Positions 27,812-36,861 of a stretch of DNA of 64,000 bases are shown piece by piece; the first letter of the stretch is position 1; every line of letters starts with the position of its first letter. This DNA is from a virus (Duplodnaviria; Caudoviricetes): IMG/VR virus record IMGVR_UViG_3300012952_003952, positions 32,001-96,000 of that record. The stretch is one strand, 5' to 3'. The notes under the pieces were generated by a model, which saw nothing but the letters and a program-made list of their open reading frames with translations, was not told the origin of the DNA and did not search any database. A program made the translations under genes and the position numbers.

Positions 27812-28603
27812 ATGTCGAAAGTTTCTAACAAGAAATGTTGCAAAGTAGCTCCCTTCTATTTTGGAAAAAATAGAAGAGCAGATCCAAGAACGTGGGAGCA
27901 AGGAAAGAGTCTTTTAGAATACAGGCTGGCAAATGAATCTAGCGTAGATCCTGGAGTAGAAGTAGATCTTATAATAGTCAACAATGTGCAAGATTCTAAA
28001 GAGGCTGTAGATTATTTAAATTCTATAGATGGAAAAAAGACAAAAACTGGAAAAATAAGAGTTTTGCACAGAGAGAATATTGGTATTTCTTTTGGAGCAT
28101 ATAATCACGCATTTGAAAATTTTAGAGATGATTACGACTATTGGCTATTTTTAGAAGATGACTTATTTACCAATTTAGAAAATTACTACGCACAATTTCT
28201 AGAACAACTAGAAGAAGATGATAATTTAGCTTATGTCGCTTTGGTCGGCGTAGGATCTCAAAATACTCCATCTGCTCATGCTCACAATGGAGCTGGTTGT
28301 ACTTCAAAAAAATATCTAGATTTAATTTATGATGAAAGAGGTAGTCTTCCCTACCATAATGCGCCTGGTCTTCCGTCTCCCGATACTACTAACACCGCAC
28401 AACGACAAGCTTTTTGGAAAAAGCACTGTATTGGTGGAGAAGTAGCTTTTACTAATGCGTACGTCCAAAAGGGTTATAGGATTGAAAAGTTTAGAGGTGA
28501 AAAACCTTATATTCGCTGGATCAAGGGAAATAGCGAAAGAGGCGATTTGAGAGATTGGGGAAGATGTGACTTTGTTCATGACAAGCCATACGACTTTATG
28601 TGA
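27812..28603 (+). CDS. Putative GT-A glycosyltransferase (rhamnosyltransferase-like)
   Basis: RENIGISFGAY...YDYWLFLEDD resembles the R.N.G.DFG...YDY..F.EDD pattern of GT-A enzymes. Confidence 0.5.
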   Translation: MSKVSNKKCCKVAPFYFGKNRRADPRTWEQGKSLLEYRLANESSVDPGVEVDLIIVNNVQDSKEAVDYLNSIDGKKTKTGKIRVLHRENIGISFGAYNHAFENFRDDYDYWLFLEDDLFTNLENYYAQFLEQLEEDDNLAYVALVGVGSQNTPSAHAHNGAGCTSKKYLDLIYDERGSLPYHNAPGLPSPDTTNTAQRQAFWKKHCIGGEVAFTNAYVQKGYRIEKFRGEKPYIRWIKGNSERGDLRDWGRCDFVHDKPYDFM

Positions 28604-28607
28604 TGCT

Positions 28608-29357
28608 ATGAGTATAGAAGAAAATGCAAAATCTGCTGCTTCCTCCATTTTAAAAGATGGTTGTTTTTCTGAAGTCCAAAATTGGATATCTGCAAAAGAG
28701 TGCGACGATATTGCAAATAAAGTTCGAGAGATCATAAGCAAATATGATTTACTTAAAACCGCAGAATATGATGATTTGATTATTGCTAATCATACGAAGC
28801 AAAAAGAATTAACTGGAAAACTAGGAGACTACCCAAAACCTACAATAGTGACTAGAGGCAGCTCAGGTTATGATTTAAACGTTACAGAGATATTCAATTC
28901 ACAAAAGCTGATTCCAGTACCAGGAGAAATATCTAATTTCATTAAAAATGTAGTTAAAAATATGGGTCACCAAGATGCAAAAATAGAGTATTCAATTTAT
29001 GTTAATAAAGGATCCTCTCAAGCAAGAGGTTTCCATCGTGATTCTCCAATGTACGAAAAATCTTCTAAGAGACTTTATAAGCTTTTTGTCTATATGACAG
29101 ACGTGCCGACTATAGATTACGGCCCTCATGCCTATATTCCAGGTACCCACAGGCAAGAAGCATCTACACGATATGCGAATCAACTCATTGGAAACTATAC
29201 AGACCCCAATGAGTATGATTTAGATTTAAACCCTAAAATTTTCACCGGCCCCAAAGGTACAATGGTAATGACGACTCAAGCTGGAATGCATAGAGCAATG
29301 CCTCAAACTGGAGAAAACGAAAGGATTGTTTTGGTCTGTAAAATTCGTCCATTCTGA
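28608..29357 (+). CDS. 2-oxoglutarate/Fe(II) dioxygenase (PhyH-like)
   Basis: HxD motif GFHRD, KLFVYMTDV...GP..YIPGTH, distal His and Arg (MHRA...RIVL). The ORF track starts at 28566. Confidence 0.75.
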   Translation: MSIEENAKSAASSILKDGCFSEVQNWISAKECDDIANKVREIISKYDLLKTAEYDDLIIANHTKQKELTGKLGDYPKPTIVTRGSSGYDLNVTEIFNSQKLIPVPGEISNFIKNVVKNMGHQDAKIEYSIYVNKGSSQARGFHRDSPMYEKSSKRLYKLFVYMTDVPTIDYGPHAYIPGTHRQEASTRYANQLIGNYTDPNEYDLDLNPKIFTGPKGTMVMTTQAGMHRAMPQTGENERIVLVCKIRPF

Positions 29358-29364
29358 GGTTAAA

Positions 29365-29961
29365 ATGAGTGTTTGCGTAGTTGGTAATTCTGGAAATTTA
29401 CTAGATGAAGAGATGGGATCAAAAATAGATTCTTGCGATGTGGTAATAAGAATACAAAAGTTTAGAACAAAAGGTCTTGAAGTTCATGTAGGTTCGAAGA
29501 CTACTGTGGTTGCTTTTGCATGGTGTAGCCCTGATAAGATAAGAGATTGGACAAACTATGCCTCTATAAATCTAGAAGAAGTTACTCTTTGGAGCACGTT
29601 CCCCCTTCAAGGCAGGAGATATAATACGGCAATGGAAATCCTCGGTCACACGAATATTTTGCAGCCTAATCCAGAGTCTTATCAAAAAATTATAAATGAT
29701 CTCTATTCTGATTTTTGGATAAAAAAGCCAAGCTCTGGTATTTCTAGTTTGATGCTGGCTATGGAGCAATTTCCAGATCATGATATCTACATTTGCGGTT
29801 TTGATGACAAAATTGAAAAAGACCATTATTATGACGCTACCCATATAGACAAGCTTGATCCAGGAATGACGGTTTCTGGACACAATTGGGAAGCTGAATG
29901 GAAGTATATTGGTGGTCTTTTACGCTCTGGAAAAATATCACATATCAGGGAAAAGAAATGA
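29365..29961 (+). CDS. GT29 sialyltransferase-like protein, soluble
   Basis: Sialylmotif L CVVGNSGNL...GSKIDSCDVVIR, motif S PSSGISSLMLAM...IYICGF, motif III HYYD, motif VS HNWEAE (H-x4-E). No TM anchor. The ORF track starts at 29326. Confidence 0.85.
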   Translation: MSVCVVGNSGNLLDEEMGSKIDSCDVVIRIQKFRTKGLEVHVGSKTTVVAFAWCSPDKIRDWTNYASINLEEVTLWSTFPLQGRRYNTAMEILGHTNILQPNPESYQKIINDLYSDFWIKKPSSGISSLMLAMEQFPDHDIYICGFDDKIEKDHYYDATHIDKLDPGMTVSGHNWEAEWKYIGGLLRSGKISHIREKK

Positions 29962-30932
29962 AGAAGATAGAAACAGTTCCTATAGACTTAATACGAATAG
30001 ACTTAAGAGACGATATTAATTTAAGAACTTACGTTCTTTTAAAAAGAGCAAGACAGCTTTATTTAGCTTTCTGCCAAGGCCTCAAAAATTACGGTTTAAA
30101 TCCAAAATCTTATGAAGCATTTCTAGATTTATATCAAGATATTAGAGTAAATGGAATTGATATTCCCATAAAAGCTCAAAAAATAAATGGACAATATTAT
30201 GTTGAAGACGGTGCGCATAGGCTGTCTATAGCTCGAGCACTTGGAATGTCAACAATAAAGGTTGAAATAGTAACAAATTGTGGAATACCTTCAGTGTTCA
30301 TAGCAGCTCCTAGAACCATTAGTACGCCATTCAATGTTGACACTAATAATCCAAGAATTTTAAAAATGTTCGAGACCATCAGCCACGGCGAAGTTGAAAA
30401 GTTTGTTAATTTAAACATACCTACCGACCAAGAAAAAATTCCAATGACAGGTGCTGCTGTCTTCTGGCCGACATGCTACAGCTTATGGCCAGAAATGTTA
30501 GAAGAAGTTAAAAGATTTCACAAAGTAAAAAAAGTTTTAGAAATAGATTGCAAAGACGAATCAACGCATCAGTCTATGATATTAGATTTTTATAAGTCTG
30601 ATGATGTTGCTCCTTGGAAAGTGGAAGCAAAATTCCCTTACTGTTCTCAAGCCCCAAGAAAATTTTTGTTGATAGAATTTAATATTGAAGATGCTAGACA
30701 TAGAATTAAAGGAAAAACAGGAAATGAAATCTCTATGGCTATAGAAGACTTAAAGGGGTATGTACGTTCAAATTATAGATCTAGAGTTCCAAACTACCCA
30801 ACAAATGGAACACCAGATCTATTGATTCATGCTGGAGATAATGAATATCAAACTGGAGAAATTTTAAAAACTCCAGAGAGATTTAAAGATAAAGACGGAG
30901 TGGAGATTAAACCCTATGGAAATGTTTCTTAA
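29958..30932 (+). CDS. ParB/Srx-like domain fused to a putative NDK-like domain
   Basis: YYVEDGAHRLSIARALG (ParB/Srx GxHR motif). C-half AVFWPT...LIHAGDN resembles the NDK IKPD...HGSD spacing. The ORF track starts at 29898. Confidence 0.65.
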   Translation: MKKIETVPIDLIRIDLRDDINLRTYVLLKRARQLYLAFCQGLKNYGLNPKSYEAFLDLYQDIRVNGIDIPIKAQKINGQYYVEDGAHRLSIARALGMSTIKVEIVTNCGIPSVFIAAPRTISTPFNVDTNNPRILKMFETISHGEVEKFVNLNIPTDQEKIPMTGAAVFWPTCYSLWPEMLEEVKRFHKVKKVLEIDCKDESTHQSMILDFYKSDDVAPWKVEAKFPYCSQAPRKFLLIEFNIEDARHRIKGKTGNEISMAIEDLKGYVRSNYRSRVPNYPTNGTPDLLIHAGDNEYQTGEILKTPERFKDKDGVEIKPYGNVS

Positions 30933-31530
30933 ACTAACGACATTGTTTTCTTCTATTGAAGACCTAAGATATTTTGTCACTAAAATAGATACCCCATTTT
31001 TTAATGACAAATTTCCAGAAGAATATCCTATCGGTAGAGATGTCGATATTATTTGCCACCCAGACGACTTAGCAAAAATTGTTCAGCTCTCAAATGAAAT
31101 AATACACGAAGAGCCTAATTTTTCTAAACACTTAATACAAGATAACGAAAATCACATAAGGTTTAGACTACACGCCCCAAGATATTTTATGAGATTAAAT
31201 CCTAGACCTTACGACAAATTAATAAATGGTTATCCAATGACTAAGCTACATTTTCAAGTAGACATATCTACAACAAAAGAAAAAGATTTCGAAGTGTTTA
31301 CAGCTGAATTTTTAGATTCTATTTTCGATAATTTTTCTATGAGAAATGGGGTGAAAATTTTAGACCCAGTGCGAGAGTCTACTTTAAGAATGGTTTATTG
31401 GAAAAATTCTCCTAAGTCTACTCACCACTTAGAGTATCTTCAAAAAAATGCTTCTTTGCAAATTCTCGAGAATATTAAAGATGGTGAATTTAAAGATTCA
31501 TGTGAAAGCATTTTGACGAGAATATTGTAG
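30916..31530 (+). CDS. Putative nucleotidyltransferase (Pol-beta/LicD-like)
   Basis: GRDVDIICH (G.D.D) plus a distal FQVDI motif. Confidence 0.5.
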   Translation: MEMFLKLTTLFSSIEDLRYFVTKIDTPFFNDKFPEEYPIGRDVDIICHPDDLAKIVQLSNEIIHEEPNFSKHLIQDNENHIRFRLHAPRYFMRLNPRPYDKLINGYPMTKLHFQVDISTTKEKDFEVFTAEFLDSIFDNFSMRNGVKILDPVRESTLRMVYWKNSPKSTHHLEYLQKNASLQILENIKDGEFKDSCESILTRIL

Positions 31531-31532
31531 AA

Positions 31533-32180
31533 ATGTACTGGTTTGTTATTCCTGCTCGAAAAGGCTCTAAAGAATTCCCATTCAAGAATAGAAAGCTTTT
31601 CAAATATACTGCTGATATAATTCCAAAGCACTTGAAAAATCAAGTTGTAGTTTCTTCTGACGACGAAAAAATTTTAGAGCTCTCTGAAGATTATAATTTT
31701 AAAACTTTGAAAAGAGAAGAAAAGTTAGCTACGGATACAGCCAACACTAGAGATGTTCTTATAGACGTAGTAGAAAAACTTAAAATACCAAAAGAAGACT
31801 TTGTTGTCCTTCTATATCTTGTTTATCCAGATCGAAAGTGGGCTGATATTGCAAGAGGAATGTCTTTTATAGAAGAAAAAAATGCTTCTTCTCTTCTTTG
31901 CAGAAAAGAAATAGAACTTACTCCATATTTGATGATGTTTGAAGAAGAAGACAATAAAGCTACGAAAGTTATTAACCACGATCTTTCCAGAAGGCAAGAT
32001 TATAGAAAGTGTTTTTCTTTATCACACTACGTTGCAATATTCAAGTCTAAAGAATTATATTTGCTCGATACAAATCTATGGAACAGAGATACAATATTTC
32101 TATCGATAGATTCTTGGGTTGACATAGACACAAGAGAAAATCTTGATGATTTTTTAGGCAACAATGAAGTTAGTAGATAA
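31533..32180 (+). CDS. neuA: CMP-nonulosonate synthetase (acylneuraminate cytidylyltransferase family)
   Basis: FVIPARKGSK...KN, VVSSDD, R...LATD, VDIDT..D. Confidence 0.85.
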   Translation: MYWFVIPARKGSKEFPFKNRKLFKYTADIIPKHLKNQVVVSSDDEKILELSEDYNFKTLKREEKLATDTANTRDVLIDVVEKLKIPKEDFVVLLYLVYPDRKWADIARGMSFIEEKNASSLLCRKEIELTPYLMMFEEEDNKATKVINHDLSRRQDYRKCFSLSHYVAIFKSKELYLLDTNLWNRDTIFLSIDSWVDIDTRENLDDFLGNNEVSR

Positions 32181-32880
32181 AAATGCTCTCGTTACAGGAG
32201 CCACTGGAGGCTTAGGCAAAGAAATAGCTTTGTCTCTTGCTGCATCTGGATGCAGAGTTTTTATCACTGGAAGAAATAAAAAAGATTTAGAAAGTTTAGC
32301 TAATAATCTCGGACCATTATGTTTAGGCCACCTTGTTTCTGATTTAGAGCAAGAAAAAGAAATAGAGTTATTAGCTATAGCAGCCAATAGAGCGGCTAAT
32401 TTTAAATCTGGGGTTATTGATATTCTAATCAATTGTGCTGGAGTTTTTCCAGTTGGAGAAGTTTTAAATACTTCTTTTGAAGATTTTAACTCTTGCTTTA
32501 ATATTAATGTAAGAGCTCCATTTTTTCTTTCTAAATTACTTTATCCAAACATGAAGTCTTCCAAATGGGGAAGAATTGTTAACGTTGGTTCTTCTTCTGC
32601 GTATGGTGGTTTTGCTGGAACTTCTGTTTACTGTGCTTCTAAACATGCGCTTTTAGGAGCTTCTAGAGCGATGTATAACGAATTTAAAGAAAGCGGAGTA
32701 CGGGTGTTTTCTGTTTCTCCTGGTTCTATTCAGACACCAATGGGAAAGAAAGTACTAAACCAAGATTACTCTACTTTTATGAGCCCTGCTGAAATATCTA
32801 AGTTTATTTGTGAATTAATTTCTTACGACTCAAACATGATAGCAGAAGAGATTAGGCTTAACAGGGTTATTATCAGATGA
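32164..32880 (+). CDS. Classical SDR oxidoreductase
   Basis: VTGATGGLG, INCAGV, YCASK. Confidence 0.9.
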   Translation: MKLVDKNALVTGATGGLGKEIALSLAASGCRVFITGRNKKDLESLANNLGPLCLGHLVSDLEQEKEIELLAIAANRAANFKSGVIDILINCAGVFPVGEVLNTSFEDFNSCFNINVRAPFFLSKLLYPNMKSSKWGRIVNVGSSSAYGGFAGTSVYCASKHALLGASRAMYNEFKESGVRVFSVSPGSIQTPMGKKVLNQDYSTFMSPAEISKFICELISYDSNMIAEEIRLNRVIIR

Positions 32881-33653
32881 GCTATTTAGAAAAAATGTTT
32901 TCTCTAGACAATAAAGTCGCAATAGTTACTGGAGCAGCAAGAGGAAATGGCAAAGCGATAGCTGAAGGTTTATTAAAAGCAGGCGCTAAAGTTTATATAG
33001 TTGATATTTTAGAGCAGACACTAAAGACTTGTTCAGATTTCAAGAGCGCTGGTTTTACTAAAGTCGAATATGAAATTTTAGATTTGTCTGATTTTAAAAA
33101 ATTGGAATCTTTCATAGATAAAGTTTATTCTGAAAACAAAAGAATAGATATTCTAGTTAATAATGCAGGAGTATCTTACTCGAAAGATACGCTAAGCTAT
33201 CCAGAAGCAATGTGGGATTATACCCATGCCATTAATTTAAAAGCGCCTTATAAATTATCAAAACTAGTTTCTCGATATATGATTAAAGGCGGAGGTGGAT
33301 CTATTATTAATATCACTAGTTTAAATTCTGAGCTAGCTTTTCCAAACAATCCAGCATATGTTGCTTCGAAAGGAGCTTTAAAACAGCTTACTAAATCTTT
33401 TGCCTTAGACTTAGGAAAGTTTAATATAAGGTGTAACAACGTTGGTCCAGGTTACATGAAAACAGAAATGAATAAAGTAAGTTGGAAAGATTTAGAAAAG
33501 AGAAAAGCTAGATCAGATAAAACCGTTTTAGGTCGTTGGGGAGACCCAGAAGATTTATCCGGCTTAGTGGTGTTTTTAAGTTCGGATTCATCGAGCTACA
33601 TTACCGGACAAGACATATACGTGGACGGTGGATGGCTCATAAAAGGTATATAG
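32877..33653 (+). CDS. Classical SDR oxidoreductase
   Basis: VTGAARGNG, VNNAG, YVASK, GPGYMKT, ITGQDIYVDGG. Confidence 0.9.
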   Translation: MSYLEKMFSLDNKVAIVTGAARGNGKAIAEGLLKAGAKVYIVDILEQTLKTCSDFKSAGFTKVEYEILDLSDFKKLESFIDKVYSENKRIDILVNNAGVSYSKDTLSYPEAMWDYTHAINLKAPYKLSKLVSRYMIKGGGGSIINITSLNSELAFPNNPAYVASKGALKQLTKSFALDLGKFNIRCNNVGPGYMKTEMNKVSWKDLEKRKARSDKTVLGRWGDPEDLSGLVVFLSSDSSSYITGQDIYVDGGWLIKGI

Positions 33654-33654
33654 A

Positions 33655-34116
33655 ATGAACGAAAAAGAATATAGCGAAGGCGAATATGGCAATCCAGATT
33701 TAATGTGGGCCGACAATTGTCATGACGCCGTAGAAATATCTGGTAAGAAAGTTGCTTTTTTCTGTGATTCTACTTGTATTGTGTGCACCATGTGTTCTAA
33801 TATAGCTCCAAACAATTTTAGGTTAAGCGATAATGCAGATCACGATATATGCTACAGCCAGCCAAAAGATGAAGAAGAGCTAGATAAATGCTATGAAGCT
33901 CTAACGAATTGTCCAGTTGGAGCTATCGGCCATAATGCTTTTGATAGAAAAGAAGAAATGACTAAAGCTTTCCCCATCGGCCATCGCTTTGCACCTACAA
34001 AATATGATGGAAATGGAAACCTTATAGATCCCACTATGAAATCTTCAGGTACTAGAGAGTATTTAGGATCTACAAAAAAGTCTTTTTGGACTAAGTTTAT
34101 GGGGTGGATTAAATGA
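33655..34116 (+). CDS. Single-cluster ferredoxin with terminal extensions
   Basis: CIVCTMC...AP..F...CPVGAIG (CxxCxxC...CP). Confidence 0.85.
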   Translation: MNEKEYSEGEYGNPDLMWADNCHDAVEISGKKVAFFCDSTCIVCTMCSNIAPNNFRLSDNADHDICYSQPKDEEELDKCYEALTNCPVGAIGHNAFDRKEEMTKAFPIGHRFAPTKYDGNGNLIDPTMKSSGTREYLGSTKKSFWTKFMGWIK

Positions 34117-34158
34117 TAGAGGTAATATTTATAGCTAACAGCAGAGTCGAGGGATTGT

Positions 34159-35898
34159 ATGACAAAAAAAGCTAAAGTAATGTTTGTTAACCCGATAGTG
34201 GGTGTAGATGAGGGTGTATTGCCTATGGGGCCTGGTATATTAGTTGCAGGCTTGAGACAGGAAGGCCACACAGTAAAAGTATTTGATACCACCCAGTGGA
34301 AGATAGTTTCCGGCCATAGATCATCCGACCACGGCCCGAAAGAAATTAACGAAAAGTACCTTAACTTTGTTCCTGTTACCGCCGGCCATAAAGTTCCTCC
34401 AAAAGTTGTTAAGACAGAAGATGAAGTACTAAATTTATTTCGTGATACAGTCAAAGAGTTTAATCCAGACGTAATTGCTTTTACGGTTCTCTGTAGCCAT
34501 AACTGGGGAATGACAAAACTTCTCATGGAGCGCGCTGGAAAAACTAACGCTAAAGTAATTTTAGGCGGAAAGCATATTATAACAATGGGCAAGGAGCTCA
34601 TACAGACTCCATGGGTTGACGCATGTTGTTTAGGAGATGGAGAGTTAGCTCTTCCTGAATTCGTAAATAATGTTATAAATGGAGAAGACTATAGCAAAAC
34701 TTTAAATCTATCAGTTAAAATAGACGGAAAAATAATTCAGAACCCTCTAGACAAGCTAAACAGAATGGAAGACATTCCGTTTCCAGATTGGACCGATTAC
34801 GATGACAGGCTATTTTATAAGCCTCTTCGTGGCAGAATGTACCGTTATGGATATGTAGAAATAAGCAGAGGTTGCCCATTTAGATGCCCATATTGTCACA
34901 ATGAAAAAGAGCACGATATTTTTGCGGGTCTTGGAAAATTCATGAGGAATAAGCCGATTCCGAAAGTTATTGAAGAGCTGCAATGGATGAAAGACACGTA
35001 TGGAATCGAGATAGTTAAATTTTTAGATGAAGAATTTTTAGCTAAGCCAAAAAAATATCTTAAAGAGTTTGCCAAAGAGTATAAAAAGTTAAACCTCCCG
35101 TTCTTGCTAATGTGTCGACCAGAAAGAATGACTAAAGAAAATGCTGAAATGTTAGCAGACATGGGCTGCGTGCAAGCTTCTATTGGAGTTGAGTCTGGAA
35201 ACGAGTATATCAGAAAAGAAATTTATAAGCGAGGAATGGACAACGAAGTCATGATTCAGGGCTTTAAGAATTTTAGAGATGCTGGAATTTGTACTACTTC
35301 GCTAAACATGATCGGTGGACCATACGAAGATGCAGAAATGATTTTTGATACCATCGAACTTAATAGACATTTGAAAGCTGATGATGTACTTTGTAGTGTT
35401 TTCCAACCATATCGTGGTACTTCTCTTAGAGACCTTTGTATTAAAGAAGGGTTTATGACCGATGATGAAGAGTGCGAAGAAACGACGTTGGAAAATTCAG
35501 TCCTTACAATGCCTCAAATTACGCATGAAGAAATTTGGGGGTTTAGAAGAACGTTTGCTCTTTATATAAGAGCGCCCAAGATTCTTTATCCATTAATTGG
35601 GCTTTACCGCAAGTGGGATAATAAATTTACTCGAATGATTTTCAATGTTCTTTCTAAGCGTTATGGAAAACGAAATGGAGTAACGTACGTCGGCCACGGT
35701 GGAAATGGCAGAGGCTGGACCGAGCGACCTTTTGCTGAAGAAACAGAAAAGCAAGCTCAACTTAGAAAAAAGAAAGAAATGTTTATAGACTATGAGCAGT
35801 CTACTGAATTTACAAAGGGCTATGGCGACCTGTCCCAGCAAGATTGGGAAAAGATTCAGCATTTGGCACAGAAAAAAGAAGAAGCTTCAGCAAAATAA
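34159..35898 (+). CDS. Cobalamin-binding radical SAM enzyme (class B methyltransferase-like)
   Basis: N-terminal B12-binding-like domain (ILGGKH...GDGE), SRGCPFRCPYC, FLDEEF, GVESG. Confidence 0.88.
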   Translation: MTKKAKVMFVNPIVGVDEGVLPMGPGILVAGLRQEGHTVKVFDTTQWKIVSGHRSSDHGPKEINEKYLNFVPVTAGHKVPPKVVKTEDEVLNLFRDTVKEFNPDVIAFTVLCSHNWGMTKLLMERAGKTNAKVILGGKHIITMGKELIQTPWVDACCLGDGELALPEFVNNVINGEDYSKTLNLSVKIDGKIIQNPLDKLNRMEDIPFPDWTDYDDRLFYKPLRGRMYRYGYVEISRGCPFRCPYCHNEKEHDIFAGLGKFMRNKPIPKVIEELQWMKDTYGIEIVKFLDEEFLAKPKKYLKEFAKEYKKLNLPFLLMCRPERMTKENAEMLADMGCVQASIGVESGNEYIRKEIYKRGMDNEVMIQGFKNFRDAGICTTSLNMIGGPYEDAEMIFDTIELNRHLKADDVLCSVFQPYRGTSLRDLCIKEGFMTDDEECEETTLENSVLTMPQITHEEIWGFRRTFALYIRAPKILYPLIGLYRKWDNKFTRMIFNVLSKRYGKRNGVTYVGHGGNGRGWTERPFAEETEKQAQLRKKKEMFIDYEQSTEFTKGYGDLSQQDWEKIQHLAQKKEEASAK

Positions 35899-35918
35899 TT
35901 TTCTGAAAAAATGAACTA

Positions 35919-35960
35919 CTGAGCAAAAGCTTGTATAATAACAATATGGCTTTTGCTCAG
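35919..35960. promoter_or_regulatory. Perfect 12-bp inverted repeat enclosing a TATAAT box upstream of neuB
   Basis: CTGAGCAAAAGC (35919-35930) and GCTTTTGCTCAG (35949-35960) flank TTG-TATAAT-AACAATATG. Confidence 0.6.
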
Positions 35961-35997
35961 AGTCTTTATTTGAGCTTTAAACTAATTGGAGATTTGT

Positions 35998-36861
35998 ATG
36001 TTTAATCCTTATAGGTCTAATAGACCCAACCCATTCATTATTGCTGAAGTGGGAATTAATCATAATGGTGATATAGATTTAGCAAAAAAGCTTATTGATG
36101 TTGCTGTTGATTCTGGTTGCGACGCTGTAAAGTTTCAAAAGAGAGACGTAGAAACAGTGTACACAGAAAAATATTTAGACGGTCATCGAGAAAGCCCTTG
36201 GGGAACTACTCAAAGAGAACAAAAAGAAGGCTTAGAGTTTTCTAAAGAACAATATGAAGAAATAGACAGGTACTGTAAGTCTCAAGGAATTATGTGGACA
36301 GCTTCTGCTTGGGATGAAAAGAGTCAAGATTTTATAAATGAAATGAACGTACCTTTTAATAAGGTTGCTTCTGCGATGGTTACGAAAATAGACTTCTTAG
36401 AAAAAGTAGCCGCTGAAGGAAAGCATGCTTTTGTTTCTACTGGGATGTGCACGATGTCAGATATTGATAAGGCTGTAAAAGTCTTCAAGTCTGCCGGCTG
36501 TCCTTTTACTCTTTTCCACACAGTTTCGACATATCCTTGTAACGATGTTGATTGTAACGTAAAAATGATAGAAACACTTCAAGAAGTGTATGGTTGTCCA
36601 GTTGGATATAGCGGTCACGAACGAGGCTTGCTGCCTTCTATCTTGGCAGTTTCTCTTGGGGCTGTAGCTTTAGAAAGACACATCACGCTTGACCGTACAA
36701 TGTATGGATCAGATCAATCAGCTTCTCTAGAGCCAGAAGGTTTACGTAGACTAGTGAGAGATACGCGCCACGTAAGAGCAACTATGGGAACTGGAGAAAA
36801 GACATATTCTTCAGAAGAGAGGCAAGTTTCAGAAAAGTTGAGGTATTTTGAAAGTGAGTGA
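35998..36861 (+). CDS. neuB: Nonulosonate (sialic acid/KDN-type) synthase lacking the C-terminal SAF/AFP domain
   Basis: IIAEVGINHNGD, AVKFQK, HTVSTYP, GYSGHE, ERHITLDR..YGSDQSASLEP. The ORF track starts at 35986. Confidence 0.92.
   Translation: MFNPYRSNRPNPFIIAEVGINHNGDIDLAKKLIDVAVDSGCDAVKFQKRDVETVYTEKYLDGHRESPWGTTQREQKEGLEFSKEQYEEIDRYCKSQGIMWTASAWDEKSQDFINEMNVPFNKVASAMVTKIDFLEKVAAEGKHAFVSTGMCTMSDIDKAVKVFKSAGCPFTLFHTVSTYPCNDVDCNVKMIETLQEVYGCPVGYSGHERGLLPSILAVSLGAVALERHITLDRTMYGSDQSASLEPEGLRRLVRDTRHVRATMGTGEKTYSSEERQVSEKLRYFESE

Noticed and set aside
33891-34601. 236-aa minus-strand ORF
   Set aside because: It is fully antisense to the well-supported ferredoxin and radical SAM genes, with no motif or SD. 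It is a shadow ORF, as are the other short antisense ORFs in the track (e.g. 28322-28741, 45593-45940).
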